From Acidimicrobiia bacterium (GTDB lineage: Bacteria > Actinomycetota > Acidimicrobiia > IMCC26256 > JAENVU01), in contig DASXYP010000022.1 in the NCBI GenBank assembly GCA_036502405.1, positions 572 to 64,571 on the forward strand: a DNA stretch of 64,000 bases, in the 5' to 3' direction. Under the pieces are notes generated by a model, which saw only the letters and a list, made by a program, of their open reading frames with translations, was not told the DNA's origin and did no database searches. Below are positions 63,047 to 64,000 of this stretch, in pieces (the stretch's first letter is position 1; every line of letters starts with the position of its first letter). A program made the translations under genes and the position numbers.

Positions 63047-63897
63047 GCGTGCCCGAGCCGGTGGTCGCGGCCGGTGGCGAAGACGATCGTGTCCATGGCG
63101 CTGCGCTCACCTGGCTGCGCGTCCGCGCCGTGGCTCGCCGGCACGCGTACGTGCTCGCTCGCAGTCCGCACCGGCTCTTCGACGTCACGCTGTGGCCTCT
63201 CGTCGACGTGCTCCTCTTCGGCGCGCTCGCGACCTACGTGTCGACCGGGAACACGTCGTCGGGAGACCGTGCCGCCGCGTACCTGCTCTCGGGCATCGTG
63301 CTGTGGCACGTCGTGTACCAGTCGCAGATCGCGGTGAGCACCGGCTTCCTCGAGGAGACCTGGTCCCGGAATCTCCTGAACCTGATGGTGACGCCGCTGC
63401 GCGAGGTCGAGTACGTCGGCGGCGTGGCGCTGTTCGGCATGCTCAAGCTCGTCATCGGCGTCACTGTCCTCGCGGTCGGTGCGCTCGTCTTCTACTCGTT
63501 CGACGTCTGGTCGCTCGGGTTCGGCCTCGTCCCGATCGCCGCGGTGCTGCTGCTCGTCGGGTGGTGCATCTCCATGTTCGTCATCGGGATCGTCCTCCGG
63601 TACGGCGCCGGGGCCGAGGCGCTCGCCTGGGGCGTGATGTTCGTGGTGATGCCGCTGTCCGGCGTCTTCTACCCGGTGGACGCGCTGCCGGCCGCGCTGC
63701 AGCCGATCGCGCAGGCGCTGCCGACGACGCACGCGTTCATCGCGCTGCGCGCGTTGGTCGACGGGCACGGCGTCGCGTGGGGCCAGCTCGCGATTGCCGC
63801 AGCGACGACCGCGGTCCTGGCTGCGTTGTCGCTCTGGTACGTCGTGCGCATGCTCAGCCGGTTCCGGCGCACGGGCTCGATCACCCGGTACACCTGA
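63043..63897 (+). CDS. ABC-2 type transporter permease
   Basis: Six hydrophobic helices. The start overlaps the ATPase stop (GTGA). Confidence 0.8.
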   Translation: MSVPEPVVAAGGEDDRVHGAALTWLRVRAVARRHAYVLARSPHRLFDVTLWPLVDVLLFGALATYVSTGNTSSGDRAAAYLLSGIVLWHVVYQSQIAVSTGFLEETWSRNLLNLMVTPLREVEYVGGVALFGMLKLVIGVTVLAVGALVFYSFDVWSLGFGLVPIAAVLLLVGWCISMFVIGIVLRYGAGAEALAWGVMFVVMPLSGVFYPVDALPAALQPIAQALPTTHAFIALRALVDGHGVAWGQLAIAAATTAVLAALSLWYVVRMLSRFRRTGSITRYT

Positions 63898-63936
63898 CCT
63901 CGGGGATCGGGGGGACGCCCGGGTAGGGTCCGGCCC

Positions 63937-64000
63937 ATGGAGCAGGTGCGGTTCGGAACCCTCGGCGCGGCGCGGATCACGCCGCCCGCGCTGGTGCGCC
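63937..64000 (+). CDS. Gfo/Idh/MocA-like oxidoreductase, N-terminal fragment cut by window end
   Basis: MEQVRFGTLGAARITPPAL resembles the Rossmann start of this family. TAGGGT lies 8 nt upstream of the ATG. Only 21 codons are visible. Confidence 0.35.
   Translation, partial: MEQVRFGTLGAARITPPALVR

Noticed and set aside
1-64000. Searched by eye for tRNA/rRNA/tmRNA genes, IS elements, integrases, toxin-antitoxin pairs and defence-system genes. smpB-ssrA is often found after ftsX.
   Set aside because: None was found. A peroxiredoxin gene follows ftsX on the opposite strand. All sizeable ORFs are accounted for by housekeeping, envelope or redox functions. The window looks like core genome rather than an accessory island.

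Overview
This is a very GC-rich segment (about 70% or more by eye, not computed) that looks like actinobacterial chromosomal backbone. It is tightly packed with about 63 protein-coding genes on both strands. I found no rRNA, tRNA, CRISPR array, transposase, integrase or prophage genes.

Gene order runs LCP ligase, WbbL-like GT2, manC-like, fbiB/fbiA, then pmm, SIS isomerase, cupin PMI, ahcY, comF, hpf, secA, prfB and ftsEX. As far as I remember it, this is collinear with the Rv3267..Rv3240c region of Mycobacterium tuberculosis. However, whiB2 and mtrAB-lpqB are absent, and extra envelope genes fill the gaps.

The most interesting content is as follows.
1. A dispersed cell-envelope glycosylation system. 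It includes an LCP ligase, a translationally coupled ugd-uxs-GT2 module (the GT2 looks like a polyprenyl-phosphate sugar synthase) and a WbbL-like GT2. It also includes a 1042-aa GT2::polytopic-membrane fusion with a DUF5719-like partner, and a second 856-aa YfhO/GT-C-like membrane protein. The two large membrane proteins share a C-terminal module. Sugar-nucleotide supply genes (manC-like, epimerase, pmm, two candidate PMIs, galT) sit around them.
2. Two families of GC-rich intergenic repeats. One is a GATC-headed hairpin element, often present as tandem doublets with a 49-64 bp period at gene 3' ends. The other is a GGAGCGGGCACGGAGTGCGGAG-type element in 5' and divergent regions. In addition, a 30-nt block is shared immediately upstream of the ugd and PGI/PMI start codons.
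3. Operator-like sites. These are four phased TCATCC repeats upstream of a zinc-ribbon mini-ORF, and a perfect 16-bp palindrome plus two TGCAAGCAC copies in the promoter region of the GT2-fusion operon.
4. A secreted protein with a glycine-rich domain and five repeats of about 46 aa.
5. A split FbiB.
6. A FlgM-like mini-ORF.
7. A widespread leaderless-mRNA signature, with TANNNT sitting 7-8 nt before start codons.

All functional calls rest on my reading of the translated ORFs and on remembered family motifs. No database search was run.
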